A DNA stretch of 64,000 nt from Candidatus Multivorans sp. GTDB taxonomy: Bacteria; Acidobacteriota; Thermoanaerobaculia; Multivoradales; Multivoraceae. The stretch covers positions 1,696,001-1,760,000 of the forward strand of contig OZ245033.1 in NCBI GenBank assembly GCA_965224025.1, written 5' to 3'. The notes below the pieces were generated by a model. The model was not told the DNA's origin and did no database searches. It was given only the letters and a program-made list of their open reading frames with translations. Position 1 is the stretch's first letter; the number at the start of each line of letters is the position of its first letter. Below, piece after piece: positions 1 through 9,795 of this stretch. The position numbers and the translations under genes were made by a program.

Positions 1-3000
1 CCGCGTGGATCACGTTCCCCGCGCCGCTCTCGCCGTCCGGCTTCCGCCACTCCACAACCACCGCGTAGCGCGAATCCTGCAGGCACCGCCTCTCAGCGCT
101 CGGCGCGCACGTCCCCGCAGGAGAACTCGACTCGACCAGGAACACCCGGGACGACCTCGACTCGCGCGCGCCGTCGCTCACCCACAGCGTCACCTCATAG
201 AAACCCGGCTCAGACCAACTGTGCGCCAACCTGCGCAGACTCGACTCCGTGCCCTCGCCGAACTCCCAGCGACGCGACGCCGCGGGACCGGTGCTCATGT
301 CCGCGAACTGCACCGGCTCGCCGGTTGGAGCCCGGCAAAGCTCCCGGTCGCACTGCGCGCCACTCACTTCGATCACGGCCATCGGAGGCGTGTCATCGTC
401 CTGAATAGACACGGTCGTCTTGGCGCCGCCGTTTACACCGGACGGTAGACCGCCGAAACCAAGAATCACCGACTCGCCGAAGTCCTCCTCGCTGTCGTCC
501 GCGGCCGTGAACTCGAAGGTCTGCGTCGTCACGCCGATGCTGAACGTCACCCGCTCAGGCACGCCCGAATAGTCCGCTTCCGACGCTCCGCCACGGTGGG
601 TCCACACCAGCGGAATCGACACCTCGCGCTCCGGATCAGCGCTCAGAACCACCGTGACCCGAACCGACCCGCCCTCCGCCACCTCGTAGCTCGACGAACC
701 GAACGACACAACGACCTCCAGGTCGTCGTCGATGATCGTCCCCACCACCTCCAGGGACGACACGCCGCCGGCCAGGGTGGCTTTCCTCGGATTGCGAAGC
801 GTCAGCGTGAAGGTCTCGACCCCCTCCTCGTCGTCGCCATCGGCCGTGACCGGAACACGAATCTGTTGCGCTGACGAACCGACGGGAAACGTCAGCGTGC
901 CCTGCGTCGCTGTGTAGTCCAAACCCGCCTTTGCTCCGACGGCGCCAGCGCCGTCCGCCGTGGCGTAGTCCACCGTCACCGCGGAGTTGCTGGACGCACT
1001 GAGGCGGACGTCGAACACCACCGCCCCAGCGCTTTCCAGAGCCTGCGCCGCCGTCACCGACACCTCCGGTGGCGGAGGAGGTGGTGGAGGTGGCGGCGGA
1101 GGAGGAGGAGGAGGAGGTGGTGGTGGTGGTGGTGGTGGAGGGCTCGCGCAGGCGACGCCGTTGCCGCCCGAACCTGTCGTCGTCCGATTCGTCACCCCCG
1201 TCACGTCGTCGAACGCGGCGTTGCCGACCAGATCGCGAAGCGGACTCGCGCTGGCCGTGTAACGCACCGCCACCTGCTCACCCGGGCCCACCGCCGCGGC
1301 AAGCGTCAACGTCGCGGTGCTTCCGGTGATATCGATCGCCGCGGCCGAAATGCACCGCTCACCACCAGCGATCTCAACCACGAAGCCGTCCGCGTCCTGA
1401 GCGGTCCGGTCCAGGTCCTCGGAGAAGGCCACAGTCAGAGCGGCGCCGTCGACGGAGGATCCAGTACCCCGCATGTTCGGCCTGATCCCATCCACCTTGT
1501 GGTCCGACTGGGTGGCCAGTTCCGGGTACGGTAGGTTGGCGGCCCGGTTCGCGATGTCCTCGATCATCCCGCCGTTCAGCGCGATCACGCCCTCCTCGAC
1601 GCTCAAGCCGTCCTCGGCCTCATCACCCACCGGAGGCGCCGGGCGGCCGAGCAGTTGGAGAACAAACACGAAGAAGGCATCCGCACCCGCGACGACCGTG
1701 TAGCTGAAGGTCAGTGCCGAAGAACCCGAGCCGCCGGTGTAGAAGGCTTCCCGGGGGCGAGAGCCCAACTTGAGAAAAACCGACGGCGCGCCGTTCGTCG
1801 TGTCCACGGTCACGTCCCGGTCGAACGTCAGCGTCACGTCGATTGCGTCGCCGCCCGCATAGGTCTGGTCCGCGCCGGGCGCCGAAGCAATCGCGACCGT
1901 CTGGACATTCGCGGCATCCGGATCGATGACGAGAGGGGGCGGCGGCGGCGTGTTGTTCTCTACATACGAAAGCGTCACCTCCAGCGCTTCGTTGCCCACG
2001 AGATCCCGAAGGGGCGTCGCGCCGGGTACGTAGGAAACCCACACGCGGTCGTCATGCTCGACCGGCGTGTCGAGCGTCAAGCTGACGACTGCACCGTTCA
2101 CGTCGACGCCGGTCACGATCCGAAAATTGTCCACGCGCCGGCCGTCCAACGAGAAGTCGGCCGGGCCCGGAATCGACGACTCGTCGAGCGCTTCGACGAA
2201 GGTGACGGTCAGCATGTCGCCGTCTACTTCCGAATGGCCACGCATCGTCGGACCGACGCCGTCCACCCTGTGGCCGGACTGCGCCACCAACTCCCCATGG
2301 GCGAGATTCGCGTTGTCATTCGTCGCGGTCCGGATCGCGGCGCCGTTCAACGCGATCCGGCCCGCCTCGATGCTCAAGCCGTCGCCGTCCTCGTCACCCA
2401 CCGCCAATCCGCTGTTCCGGTGATTGTTCAAGAAGATCGCTGCACGGGGCGGGTAACCCTCCGTCACGGCGTACCGGAAGGTCAGCGTCGCGGTGCCTGA
2501 ACCCTCACGGTAGACGGCGGGCCGGGCCAGGTGGCCAACCATCAAGCGAAGCGACGGCTCACCGTCTGTCGTGTCCACCGTCACGCTGTCGTCGAACGTC
2601 ACGGTCACGTTCACGTCATCGCCGCCGGCGTAGATTCTGTCCGATCCCGGCGTAGAACCGAGGGCAATCCCGGTAACACTGGGTCCCATCGGATCAGGGG
2701 CCGGCTCCGGCGCCGCCGGCGTTTCGTTCGTCACCGAGGTGCCGAGAATCGAGATCGCCGCGTTGCCCGCCGGATCCTTCAGCCATAGCGATGTCGAGTG
2801 GTTCGTGGCGAGCGACACGTCATCGCCGTGCTCCACGGCGGGGTCGAGCGTCAGGCTCACCGTGTTCCCAGTCACCGAGAGGTCGGACACGGTGCGCGCA
2901 GCGCCTCCGACCGTCACGGTCAAGAAGCTTGGCGATACGGAGGAGTCGACTTCTTCGCGATAGACCAGCGTCAGCGTAGCGCCGTGCACCACCGGGTCGA

Positions 3001-3598
3001 ACAACAGCCCAGGACCGACAGAGTCCACTTTGTGGCCTGACTGCGCGGTCAGCCCCGAATGGGCGAGATCGGCATCGTCGTTCGCGGCGTTCCTGATCGT
3101 GCCGCCGTTCAGCTCGATGGCGCCGGCCTCGACGCTCACGCCGTCCTCGTCCTCCTCGCCCGCCATTTGGGACTGGCCGAAATTGCCGACGAGAAGGTCC
3201 ACGACATCCTGCGGATAGGAGTTGAGATCCAACCGATACCCAAAAACCAGATCCGCGGTTCCGGAACCCCGGTCGTACTTCGCCAGACGCGTCTCATCGC
3301 CCACCGTCAGGACGATTGACGGCGTGCCGGCGGCGACATTCGCCGTCACGGTTTCATCGAACGTGACCGTCACCTCGATCGAATCGCCCTGGGCGTAGTA
3401 GCCGTCCGAGCCCGGATCCGACGTGATCCCAATGCTGCTGACGCTCGCCGCCAGCCCGATTGCCTGAATTCCGGAACTCCGGTTGTGGCTTGGGTCGGAT
3501 TGACCCGCAGCCAGCTCCGAACCGAGCAGGAAAGTCAACCCTGAGAGAAACGCCAGGAGACGCCAAGCCGGCACTCCGGCCCCACGTAGCTCGCCCAA
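1..3598 (-). CDS. Large secreted surface protein (>1199 aa, 3' end outside window): three tandem Ig-like + SwmB-like modules, 25-Pro linker, two Calx-beta domains, PKD domain, start of a Cys-containing terminal domain
   Basis: Absent from the ORF track because it has no stop in the window. My translation of the minus strand stays in one frame from TTG at 3598 (GGAGG upstream) to base 2. It shows a signal-like WRLLAFLSGLTFLLGSELAAG, three repeats of Y..GD.I.VT.TFD..VT...GSG...L.F.Y...LNG..I...H.VD, Calx-beta motifs (VTVDYATADG..DYTATQGTLTF; ETFTLTL) and a PKD motif (WEFGEG..HSWSEPGFYEVTLWV). Confidence 0.85.
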   Translation of the reverse strand, partial: MGELRGAGVPAWRLLAFLSGLTFLLGSELAAGQSDPSHNRSSGIQAIGLAASVSSIGITSDPGSDGYYAQGDSIEVTVTFDETVTANVAAGTPSIVLTVGDETRLAKYDRGSGTADLVFGYRLDLNSYPQDVVDLLVGNFGQSQMAGEEDEDGVSVEAGAIELNGGTIRNAANDDADLAHSGLTAQSGHKVDSVGPGLLFDPVVHGATLTLVYREEVDSSVSPSFLTVTVGGAARTVSDLSVTGNTVSLTLDPAVEHGDDVSLATNHSTSLWLKDPAGNAAISILGTSVTNETPAAPEPAPDPMGPSVTGIALGSTPGSDRIYAGGDDVNVTVTFDDSVTVDTTDGEPSLRLMVGHLARPAVYREGSGTATLTFRYAVTEGYPPRAAIFLNNHRNSGLAVGDEDGDGLSIEAGRIALNGAAIRTATNDNANLAHGELVAQSGHRVDGVGPTMRGHSEVDGDMLTVTFVEALDESSIPGPADFSLDGRRVDNFRIVTGVDVNGAVVSLTLDTPVEHDDRVWVSYVPGATPLRDLVGNEALEVTLSYVENNTPPPPPLVIDPDAANVQTVAIASAPGADQTYAGGDAIDVTLTFDRDVTVDTTNGAPSVFLKLGSRPREAFYTGGSGSSALTFSYTVVAGADAFFVFVLQLLGRPAPPVGDEAEDGLSVEEGVIALNGGMIEDIANRAANLPYPELATQSDHKVDGIRPNMRGTGSSVDGAALTVAFSEDLDRTAQDADGFVVEIAGGERCISAAAIDITGSTATLTLAAAVGPGEQVAVRYTASASPLRDLVGNAAFDDVTGVTNRTTTGSGGNGVACASPPPPPPPPPPPPPPPPPPPPPPPPPEVSVTAAQALESAGAVVFDVRLSASSNSAVTVDYATADGAGAVGAKAGLDYTATQGTLTFPVGSSAQQIRVPVTADGDDEEGVETFTLTLRNPRKATLAGGVSSLEVVGTIIDDDLEVVVSFGSSSYEVAEGGSVRVTVVLSADPEREVSIPLVWTHRGGASEADYSGVPERVTFSIGVTTQTFEFTAADDSEEDFGESVILGFGGLPSGVNGGAKTTVSIQDDDTPPMAVIEVSGAQCDRELCRAPTGEPVQFADMSTGPAASRRWEFGEGTESSLRRLAHSWSEPGFYEVTLWVSDGARESRSSRVFLVESSSPAGTCAPSAERRCLQDSRYAVVVEWRKPDGESGAGNVIHA
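1067..1141 (-). repeat. CCN trinucleotide tract encoding a 25-residue poly-proline linker
   Basis: Run of NGG triplets on + (cgg/tgg/agg), in frame with the surface-protein ORF. Confidence 0.9.
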
Positions 3599-3830
3599 AG
3601 CACCTCCCGTCTCGAGCAAGTCGGACCATCACGACGAATGCGGGGCGGAAATTCCGTGATCGTCCTCGCCAGTGTCGACCACTATAGCAGCCTGCGGGCC
3701 CCTAGGCGCGGACGTTGGCCCTCCGGGAACGGACAGTTCGATCGGTCGCCGAACCTGCGCATGGTGGCGTTCGGCACTGCGAGCCGCCGAACGGGGCTGA
3801 AGAAACCGGCCGGAAGAGTGGCCGCGCCAG

Positions 3831-4883
3831 CTACCGGTTCGGTCCGCGCTCCATCGGCACCGGCTGCCACCGCTCCAGTTCCACCCTTGGCAGCACGGTC
3901 GGGTTGACGCAGCTCATCGGCCAGCGGCCGGAGAGCGCCAAGGCCACCTCGTGGCCGACCCGCCGCCTGGTCACAGGCCGCATGCGAGTCGTGGCGGAGG
4001 CGACGTGGGGCGTCAAGATCACGTTGTCCATCGCTAGCAGAGGGTTGTCGTCAACTGGCGGCTCCAGCTCCAGCACGTCGAGCGCCGCGGCAGCGATCTG
4101 GCCGGACTCCAAGGCCTCGATCAGAGCCCCCTCGTCGACCGTCGGGCCGCGGCCGGCGTTGATCAGCACCGCGGTCTTCTTCATCGCCGCGAACTGGGGA
4201 CCCGAGAGCATGTGGCGGGTCTCCCGGTTGAGCGGCGGGTGCATCGAAAGGTAGTCGGATCGTTCCAGCAATTCGCTGAAGCTCACCGGTTCGACGCCCT
4301 CGCCCGTCATCTTCAACTCGCTGACATAAGGGTCGTGAGCGATCACGTGCATGCCGAAGGGCCTGGCGCGCCGCGCAACCGCCCGCGCCACGTTGCCGAA
4401 CGAAACGAGGCCCAGGGCCTGGCCCCACAGTCGCGGCACTTCGTTGAGCAGGGGTCGGCCATGGAACCAGTCGCCACGCCGCACCATGGAGTCCATCTCG
4501 CGCATCCGCCGGGCGCCGGCGAGCAGCAGAGCCATCGTGTGGTCGGCCACTTCCTCGATGAACACGTCGGGCACGTTCGTCACCACGATCCCGGCCTCGG
4601 TCGCCGCCTCGACGTCGACCATGTCGACGCCGACACTGCCGACGCCGATCACGATGCACTCGTCGAGTCCGGCGATCACCGAGCGCGTGACGCGGAAGCC
4701 CCAGGAGGTGATGATGGCAGCAGCGTCGGAAGCCTCGGCCAGAAAGTCCTCTTCCGTCTTCGCCGAGACCTCGACCAACTCGGCTACCGCCAGCAGGGCC
4801 TCCAACTCGAAGGTGCAACGCGTCTCCACCGACGCCGCCTTGGCAATGCCGGGAAGTTGCACGACGACCTTCTGCTTTTTCAC
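3831..4883 (-). CDS. D-isomer-specific 2-hydroxyacid dehydrogenase (CtBP/SerA-like)
   Basis: VGVDMVDVEAATEAGIVVTNVP, LINAGRGPTVDE, LDVLELEP and LTPHVAS motifs; GTG start at 4883 behind AGGAGG (the track ORF is over-extended upstream). Confidence 0.9.
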   Translation of the reverse strand: MKKQKVVVQLPGIAKAASVETRCTFELEALLAVAELVEVSAKTEEDFLAEASDAAAIITSWGFRVTRSVIAGLDECIVIGVGSVGVDMVDVEAATEAGIVVTNVPDVFIEEVADHTMALLLAGARRMREMDSMVRRGDWFHGRPLLNEVPRLWGQALGLVSFGNVARAVARRARPFGMHVIAHDPYVSELKMTGEGVEPVSFSELLERSDYLSMHPPLNRETRHMLSGPQFAAMKKTAVLINAGRGPTVDEGALIEALESGQIAAAALDVLELEPPVDDNPLLAMDNVILTPHVASATTRMRPVTRRRVGHEVALALSGRWPMSCVNPTVLPRVELERWQPVPMERGPNR

Positions 4884-4885
4884 GA

Positions 4886-6547
4886 TCAAACCTCCTGCGC
4901 GGCGAGTTCGCCCACCGCCCACTCGCGCAGACCGTTGTAGTCGGCCTTGCCATTCGCCGCCCGGCCCACGGTGTCGCGCACCAGAACGCGCTTGGGCGCC
5001 TTGTAGGACGCCAGTTCCCGCTTCACCCAACCGATCACATCCGGCTCGCTGAAGCGCCGGGGGCCGTCGAGTTCGACCACGGCCGTCACCGCCTGTCCAA
5101 AGCGCTCGTGCGGCACCCCGACGCAAACCGCGTCGCGCACCGAGGGGTGCGTCTTCAGCACCTCTTCGACTTCCTCGGGGAAGATCTTCTCGCCGCCGCT
5201 GTTGATGCATACCGAGCCGCGGCCGTAGAGCTTGAGCGAGCCGTCCGCTTCGACAGTCGCGTAGTCGCCAGCCATCGAGTACCGCGCGCCGTCGACATCC
5301 ACGAAGGTTGCCGCCGTTTTCTCGGGATCCTTGTAGTAGCCGAGAGGAATGTGCCCGGTCACGGCAATTCGCCCCAACACCCCCGAGCCCGGCTCGATCT
5401 TGTTGCCGTCGTCGTCCAGGACACAGGCGTTGTCACCGAGCACGAAGGACGCGGTCTCACTGGCCTCGCGGGCGGTCGAGTCGGACCGCCCCATGCCGAT
5501 GGACTCGGACGAACCCAGGCTGTCCGTCAACACCGTCTCTTCCGGGCAGGAGCGCAGGAAGCTGCGCTTGACTTCGGCACTCCACATGGCGCCGGAAGAA
5601 ACGACGACCTCGAGGCTCTTGAGATCGAAGCGACCAGGCTCTTCCTCGAGGGCTAGGACCATCGGACGGGCGAACGCGTCGCCGACGATCGCCATCGCGT
5701 TGATTCCTTCCCTGGTGATCGCCTCAAGCGTGGCGATCGCGTCGAAGCGGCGGTTGGCGAGGGTGATCACGCAACCACCGTTCAGCATGCTTCCCAGCGC
5801 AGTGAGAAAGCCGGTTCCGTGCATCAGGGGACAGGAAGGCAGGGACACGCGCCGCATCAGGAGCTTGTCGAACTGGGGTTTCAGCCCCTCGACCCCGCCC
5901 GAGAGATCAAAGGGATCAATGCGGCCGTCGTTGCTGATGTGCCACAGATCGTCAAGGCGCCACATGACGCCCTTGGGCATGCCGGTCGTGCCGCCGGTGT
6001 AGAGAAGCCACAGGTCGTCGCCGCTACGCGGCCAAGGGGCTTCGAACGTGAGCGAGCCCCCGGGACCCGGCGCCGACTCGGCCGCCTCTTCGTAGGGAAT
6101 CGCCCACTCCGGGCAAGGGCCTGAGCCGTCGTCGACCCACAGCCAGGTGTGGATGGATGGCACCTTCGGCCGCAAGACCTCGATCCGGCTGGCGAAGGAG
6201 CCGTGGAAGATCACCGCCACCACATCCGCGTTGTCCCACAGGTAGAGCAGTTCGCCCTCGACGTAGCGGTAGTTCGTGTTGACCGGCACCAGGGATGCCT
6301 TGAAGCACGCCAGCACCGACTCCATGTACTCAGGCACGTTGTAGAGGTACTGCGCCACCTTGTCCTGACGCCTGAGGCCGCGCTCGATCAGGGTCGCCGC
6401 CACGCCGTTCGCGCGCCGGTGCATCTCGGCTTGGGAGTACCGGCGGCTCGGGGCGCCGCCCAGGGGATCGATGAAGGCCTGCGCCGGGGCGTCCGGCTGA
6501 TGCTCCGCGATCGCTTCGAGAATGTCCGCGTGATGCCAGTCGCTCAT
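4886..6547 (-). CDS. Acyl-CoA synthetase, AMP-binding (FadD19-like subfamily)
   Basis: YTGGTTGMPKG AMP-binding motif, GYYKDPEKT, GRGSVCINSGGEKIFPEEVE, YKAPK. Confidence 0.92.
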   Translation of the reverse strand: MSDWHHADILEAIAEHQPDAPAQAFIDPLGGAPSRRYSQAEMHRRANGVAATLIERGLRRQDKVAQYLYNVPEYMESVLACFKASLVPVNTNYRYVEGELLYLWDNADVVAVIFHGSFASRIEVLRPKVPSIHTWLWVDDGSGPCPEWAIPYEEAAESAPGPGGSLTFEAPWPRSGDDLWLLYTGGTTGMPKGVMWRLDDLWHISNDGRIDPFDLSGGVEGLKPQFDKLLMRRVSLPSCPLMHGTGFLTALGSMLNGGCVITLANRRFDAIATLEAITREGINAMAIVGDAFARPMVLALEEEPGRFDLKSLEVVVSSGAMWSAEVKRSFLRSCPEETVLTDSLGSSESIGMGRSDSTAREASETASFVLGDNACVLDDDGNKIEPGSGVLGRIAVTGHIPLGYYKDPEKTAATFVDVDGARYSMAGDYATVEADGSLKLYGRGSVCINSGGEKIFPEEVEEVLKTHPSVRDAVCVGVPHERFGQAVTAVVELDGPRRFSEPDVIGWVKRELASYKAPKRVLVRDTVGRAANGKADYNGLREWAVGELAAQEV

Positions 6548-6681
6548 GGGCGCAGGAATCTAGCAGTCCCCCTTGGCGCCGGCCACATCACCTATCCTTG
6601 TCGGGAAGCAACATCACCGGCCCGGCCCCGACCACAAGATCTCATGCTGGGAGCTGGGCCAACAAGAAGGGGAGGTTGGCC

Positions 6682-8595
6682 ATGAAGAGTCGCTTCGCAT
6701 CGATCCGAGGCGCCCGCAGAAGTCTCGCGGCGTCGTCCTGCACACTCTCGACGATTGCATTCCTGCTGGGGTCGACGCTGCCGGCCTCGGCGCAGAAGAA
6801 CAACGTCATCCTGTTCATCGGCGACGGCATGGGCGTGTCGACCGTCACCTCCACCCGCATAGCGACGGTGGGCGTCGACGGGCAACTGGCGCTGGACCGC
6901 TTGCCTCACACCGCCATCTCGCGGACGGCGTCGGCCGACTACATCACCCCCGACAGCGCCGCCACGATGTCGGCGATGATGACCGGAGTCAACACAAACT
7001 CGGGCGTGATCGGCTACGGCCCAACCGCCGAGTACGCGGACTTCAACGGCAACGGCGACGGCCCGCGGTTGACCAACATCGGCGAGCTGGCCATCTCGAT
7101 GGGCTACGCGGTCGGAATCGTGACGACGACGCGAGTCACTCACGCGACCCCCGCGGGCGTGTTCGCCCATGTCAACAACCGCAACCTGGAGAACGACATC
7201 GCCGCGCAAGCGGTATCCGGTGGTGCAGGTTTCAACGCCCGCCTCGGAGAGGGGCTACACGTCATCTTCGGAGGCGGCCGGCGGCACTTCCTTCCCACTT
7301 CGGCATCGGACGACGAGGGTCTTCCGGGACGGCGGTCGGACGGCCGCGACCTGCGAAACGAGTTACAGCAGCGTGGCTATCGCTACGTCTGGAACCGGCA
7401 GGGACTCAACTCGCTGGGCGGTTCCGGCCGCGCCATCGGTCTGTTCGCGTCGAGTCACCTGGAGTACGAAGCGGACCGGGACAGCGGCGAGCCGAGCCTG
7501 GAGGAGATGACCAGGAAGGCGATCCAGATTCTCGGCGCGACGGGGAAGCCGTACTTCCTGATGGTTGAAGCGGGACGAATCGACCATGCGCACCACGAGG
7601 GGAATGCCTTTCGCGCCTTCACCGATACCCGGATGTTCGATCGAGCGATCAACGCCGCACAGCGGAGCGTGAATCTCAACAGGACCCTGATCCTCGCGAC
7701 CGCAGACCACAGCCACGTCTTCACGATCGCCGGCTACCCGATGCGACCGCTCGGCGACCTGCGCTACAGCCCCCGCTCTGTGCCCGCGTCGTTCCGCAAC
7801 CAGCCGCACAACGGCATCCTGGGAACGGTCCACGACATGGACAGCGGAGGCACGATCTCGGAGAGCGGAGACTCGGGGGGCATTTCCTACACCATCCTGG
7901 GCTACGCCAACGGGCCGGGACATCGGAACGGTTCGCGCGTCAATCCGAACAGCGACAGGACAGCAGGCTACGGCGGCGCCGTTCCTTCGAGCAGCAGCCA
8001 CTCGGCGTACCGGCAGGAAGCAACGGTACCGCTGTTCTCGGAGACGCACGCCGGCGAAGACGTGATGATCTACGCGGTCGGCCGCACGTCGGAGAACGTG
8101 CGCGGCACCGTGCCCAACACCAAGGTGTTCGACTGGATCAAGGACGGTTTCGCCGATAGAGGCTCGCGCCCGCCTCAGCCGGACCCGGATCCTGGCCCGG
8201 ACCCGGATCCCGATCCGGATCCGACCCCGGATCCGCCGCCTCCGAGCTCGGGAAGCTGCACACCGACGACCACGGCGCTTCAGTTCGACGGTGGCTACGA
8301 GGTCAGCATGTGCTACGTCACGCCAGGCGGGGAGGAAGGCCAGGCCAAGGCCGAAGTCTGGTCCAGCGAGGCCGGCATTCTGTGGTTCTTCGGCCGCGAG
8401 AACCCCGAGGTCCTCGTCAAGGTGCTGAACGGTTGCACGCACAACGACCACCGTTGGGTGTTCGTGGCGCCGGTGACTACGCTTGATTTCACTCTGTGGG
8501 TGACGGCACGCGACGGCACACGCTGGACGCACGGCAACCGGCAGGGGATGACCGCCGCCACGAAGAGCGACATCACGGCGTTCCCCTGCGGATAG
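6682..8595 (+). CDS. phoA: Secreted alkaline phosphatase (PhoA family) with PD-rich linker and C-terminal four-Cys domain
   Basis: IGDGMG, PDSAAT (Ser nucleophile), THATPA, EAGRIDHAHH, TADHSH, ETHAGEDV; signal peptide ending ASA-Q; ATG 6682 behind GGAGG. Confidence 0.9.
   Translation: MKSRFASIRGARRSLAASSCTLSTIAFLLGSTLPASAQKNNVILFIGDGMGVSTVTSTRIATVGVDGQLALDRLPHTAISRTASADYITPDSAATMSAMMTGVNTNSGVIGYGPTAEYADFNGNGDGPRLTNIGELAISMGYAVGIVTTTRVTHATPAGVFAHVNNRNLENDIAAQAVSGGAGFNARLGEGLHVIFGGGRRHFLPTSASDDEGLPGRRSDGRDLRNELQQRGYRYVWNRQGLNSLGGSGRAIGLFASSHLEYEADRDSGEPSLEEMTRKAIQILGATGKPYFLMVEAGRIDHAHHEGNAFRAFTDTRMFDRAINAAQRSVNLNRTLILATADHSHVFTIAGYPMRPLGDLRYSPRSVPASFRNQPHNGILGTVHDMDSGGTISESGDSGGISYTILGYANGPGHRNGSRVNPNSDRTAGYGGAVPSSSSHSAYRQEATVPLFSETHAGEDVMIYAVGRTSENVRGTVPNTKVFDWIKDGFADRGSRPPQPDPDPGPDPDPDPDPTPDPPPPSSGSCTPTTTALQFDGGYEVSMCYVTPGGEEGQAKAEVWSSEAGILWFFGRENPEVLVKVLNGCTHNDHRWVFVAPVTTLDFTLWVTARDGTRWTHGNRQGMTAATKSDITAFPCG
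8257..8589 (+). repeat. Four-Cys dispersed domain, copy A (111 aa, C-terminal)
   Basis: CTPTTTALQFDGGYEVSMCY...GILWFFGRENPEVLVKVLNGC...SDITAFPC. Confidence 0.95.
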
Positions 8596-8678
8596 AGCCC
8601 GAACGGCGCGAGGACGCCTGCAGTGTCCTTTCCCACTGACTCGTCTCGTCTTGGCGCCCTGGGAGCAGCCCAGGGCGC

Positions 8679-8713
8679 GACCGCCGCCACGAAGAGCGAC
8701 ATCACGGCGTTCC
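8679..8713 (+). repeat. 35-bp direct repeat of the 3' end of the phoA four-Cys domain (8550-8584), overlapping a hairpin at 8654-8678
   Basis: gaccgccgccacgaagagcgacatcacggcgttcc occurs at both positions; gcgccctggg-agcag-cccagggcgc is a 10-bp stem. Confidence 0.9.
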
Positions 8714-8863
8714 GCCGCTAGTAGCCAGGGGCCGTGAAACGGGCGACACGCGGGCGGCCCCGCCCCATCAGACGGGTTACCTGAGAAGCGCCTGGGTGGC
8801 GGCGCCCAGCCGAACGTATACATCGCGTTCTCCTGCGCCAGCGCAGGATCGAACCTCCTCGAC

Positions 8864-9620
8864 GTGTCGCCCGCGGAGGAAACGGCCGGCGGACCGGCGG
8901 GCCGAATCGGCGTGGTCGTCCACGCCATCGAGTCGTTCGGAAGACCCTTCGTCATCGCCTTCGTCGAGCTGGAACGCCTGAACCCCGCCTCCGTCCCGCT
9001 CCTGGCGTTCCTCCTGCGACGCGGGCCCTCCAACCTGCACCTGGTGTTCGCGGGCCGGGAGGTCCCTGACGGTCTCGATGTAGCCAGTCCCCTGCTCAGC
9101 GGTCACGCGCAGGCGGTGGAAGCCGAAGACTTGAGGTTCTCCCGAGCAGAGGTGGCCAAGTTCTTCGGCCTGCGCCTTTCCCGTCGCGCACTGGCGAAAG
9201 AAATCGACCGTTCGGCCGGATGGCCGGTCGCACTCCGTATCTCCCGGAACAGCATGGAACGCGAAGCGGACGACGGCCGCGACAGTGCGGATGGGTTCGT
9301 GGGGGAACTGGATCGAGTCCCGCCTGTTGGCGACTCTTGGGCGCCGCGACCGGGACTTCGTTCTGGACATGTCGCTGCTCGACTGGATCGACGCGACCCT
9401 GTTGGACGAAGTCCTGCAGCGAAGCGACTCCATGCGCCACTTCGAGTCCATGACCGCGCTGACGGGGTTGCTCGAGGTGTTGAGTGACGGCGCATCCCGA
9501 CGTTGGCGGCTGCATCCGCTAGTGCGCGAGCATTGCGCCGAAAGGCGATTTTGCGAAGACCCGGAGCGTTTTTCCGCTATTCATCGGCGAATCGCCACCG
9601 CCATGGCGAGACGCCGCCGA
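8864..9620 (+). pseudogene. Internal fragment of a MalT/LuxR-type ATP-dependent regulator, frameshifted and truncated at both ends
   Basis: LHLVFAGRE, EDLRFSRAE, SAGWPVALR, then a frame change at the G run near 9301 to RDRDFVLDMSLLDWI...WRLHPLVREH; no P-loop and no HTH present. Confidence 0.75.
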
Positions 9621-9786
9621 ACCATAGCACCTGAGGCTGTTCGCCGAATCTCTATATGCGTGGCCGTTGGTGCGGGATCGCGCCGCTTGCGCGAACGTGT
9701 TGCGGACGTACGTCGACTTGGACGCGGACGCCCCCTACAGGCAAGCCGCACGTTCGCTTCTGGCGATGTGTGGTGCCCACGCTCGT

Positions 9787-9795
9787 TGCTATACT
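9787..9795 (+). promoter_or_regulatory. Candidate extended -10 promoter (TGcTATACT) for the gene starting at 9944
   Basis: Motif match about 150 nt upstream of the ATG; not otherwise supported. Confidence 0.35.

Noticed and set aside
987-1329. Poly-Gly and poly-Glu/Val ORFs on the + strand
   Set aside because: Antisense readings of the poly-Pro linker of the minus-strand surface protein.
8550-8724. Diversity-generating retroelement (repeat plus hairpin at a gene 3' end)
   Set aside because: The repeat is only 35 bp and identical, with no adenine-specific differences, and there is no reverse transcriptase in the window.
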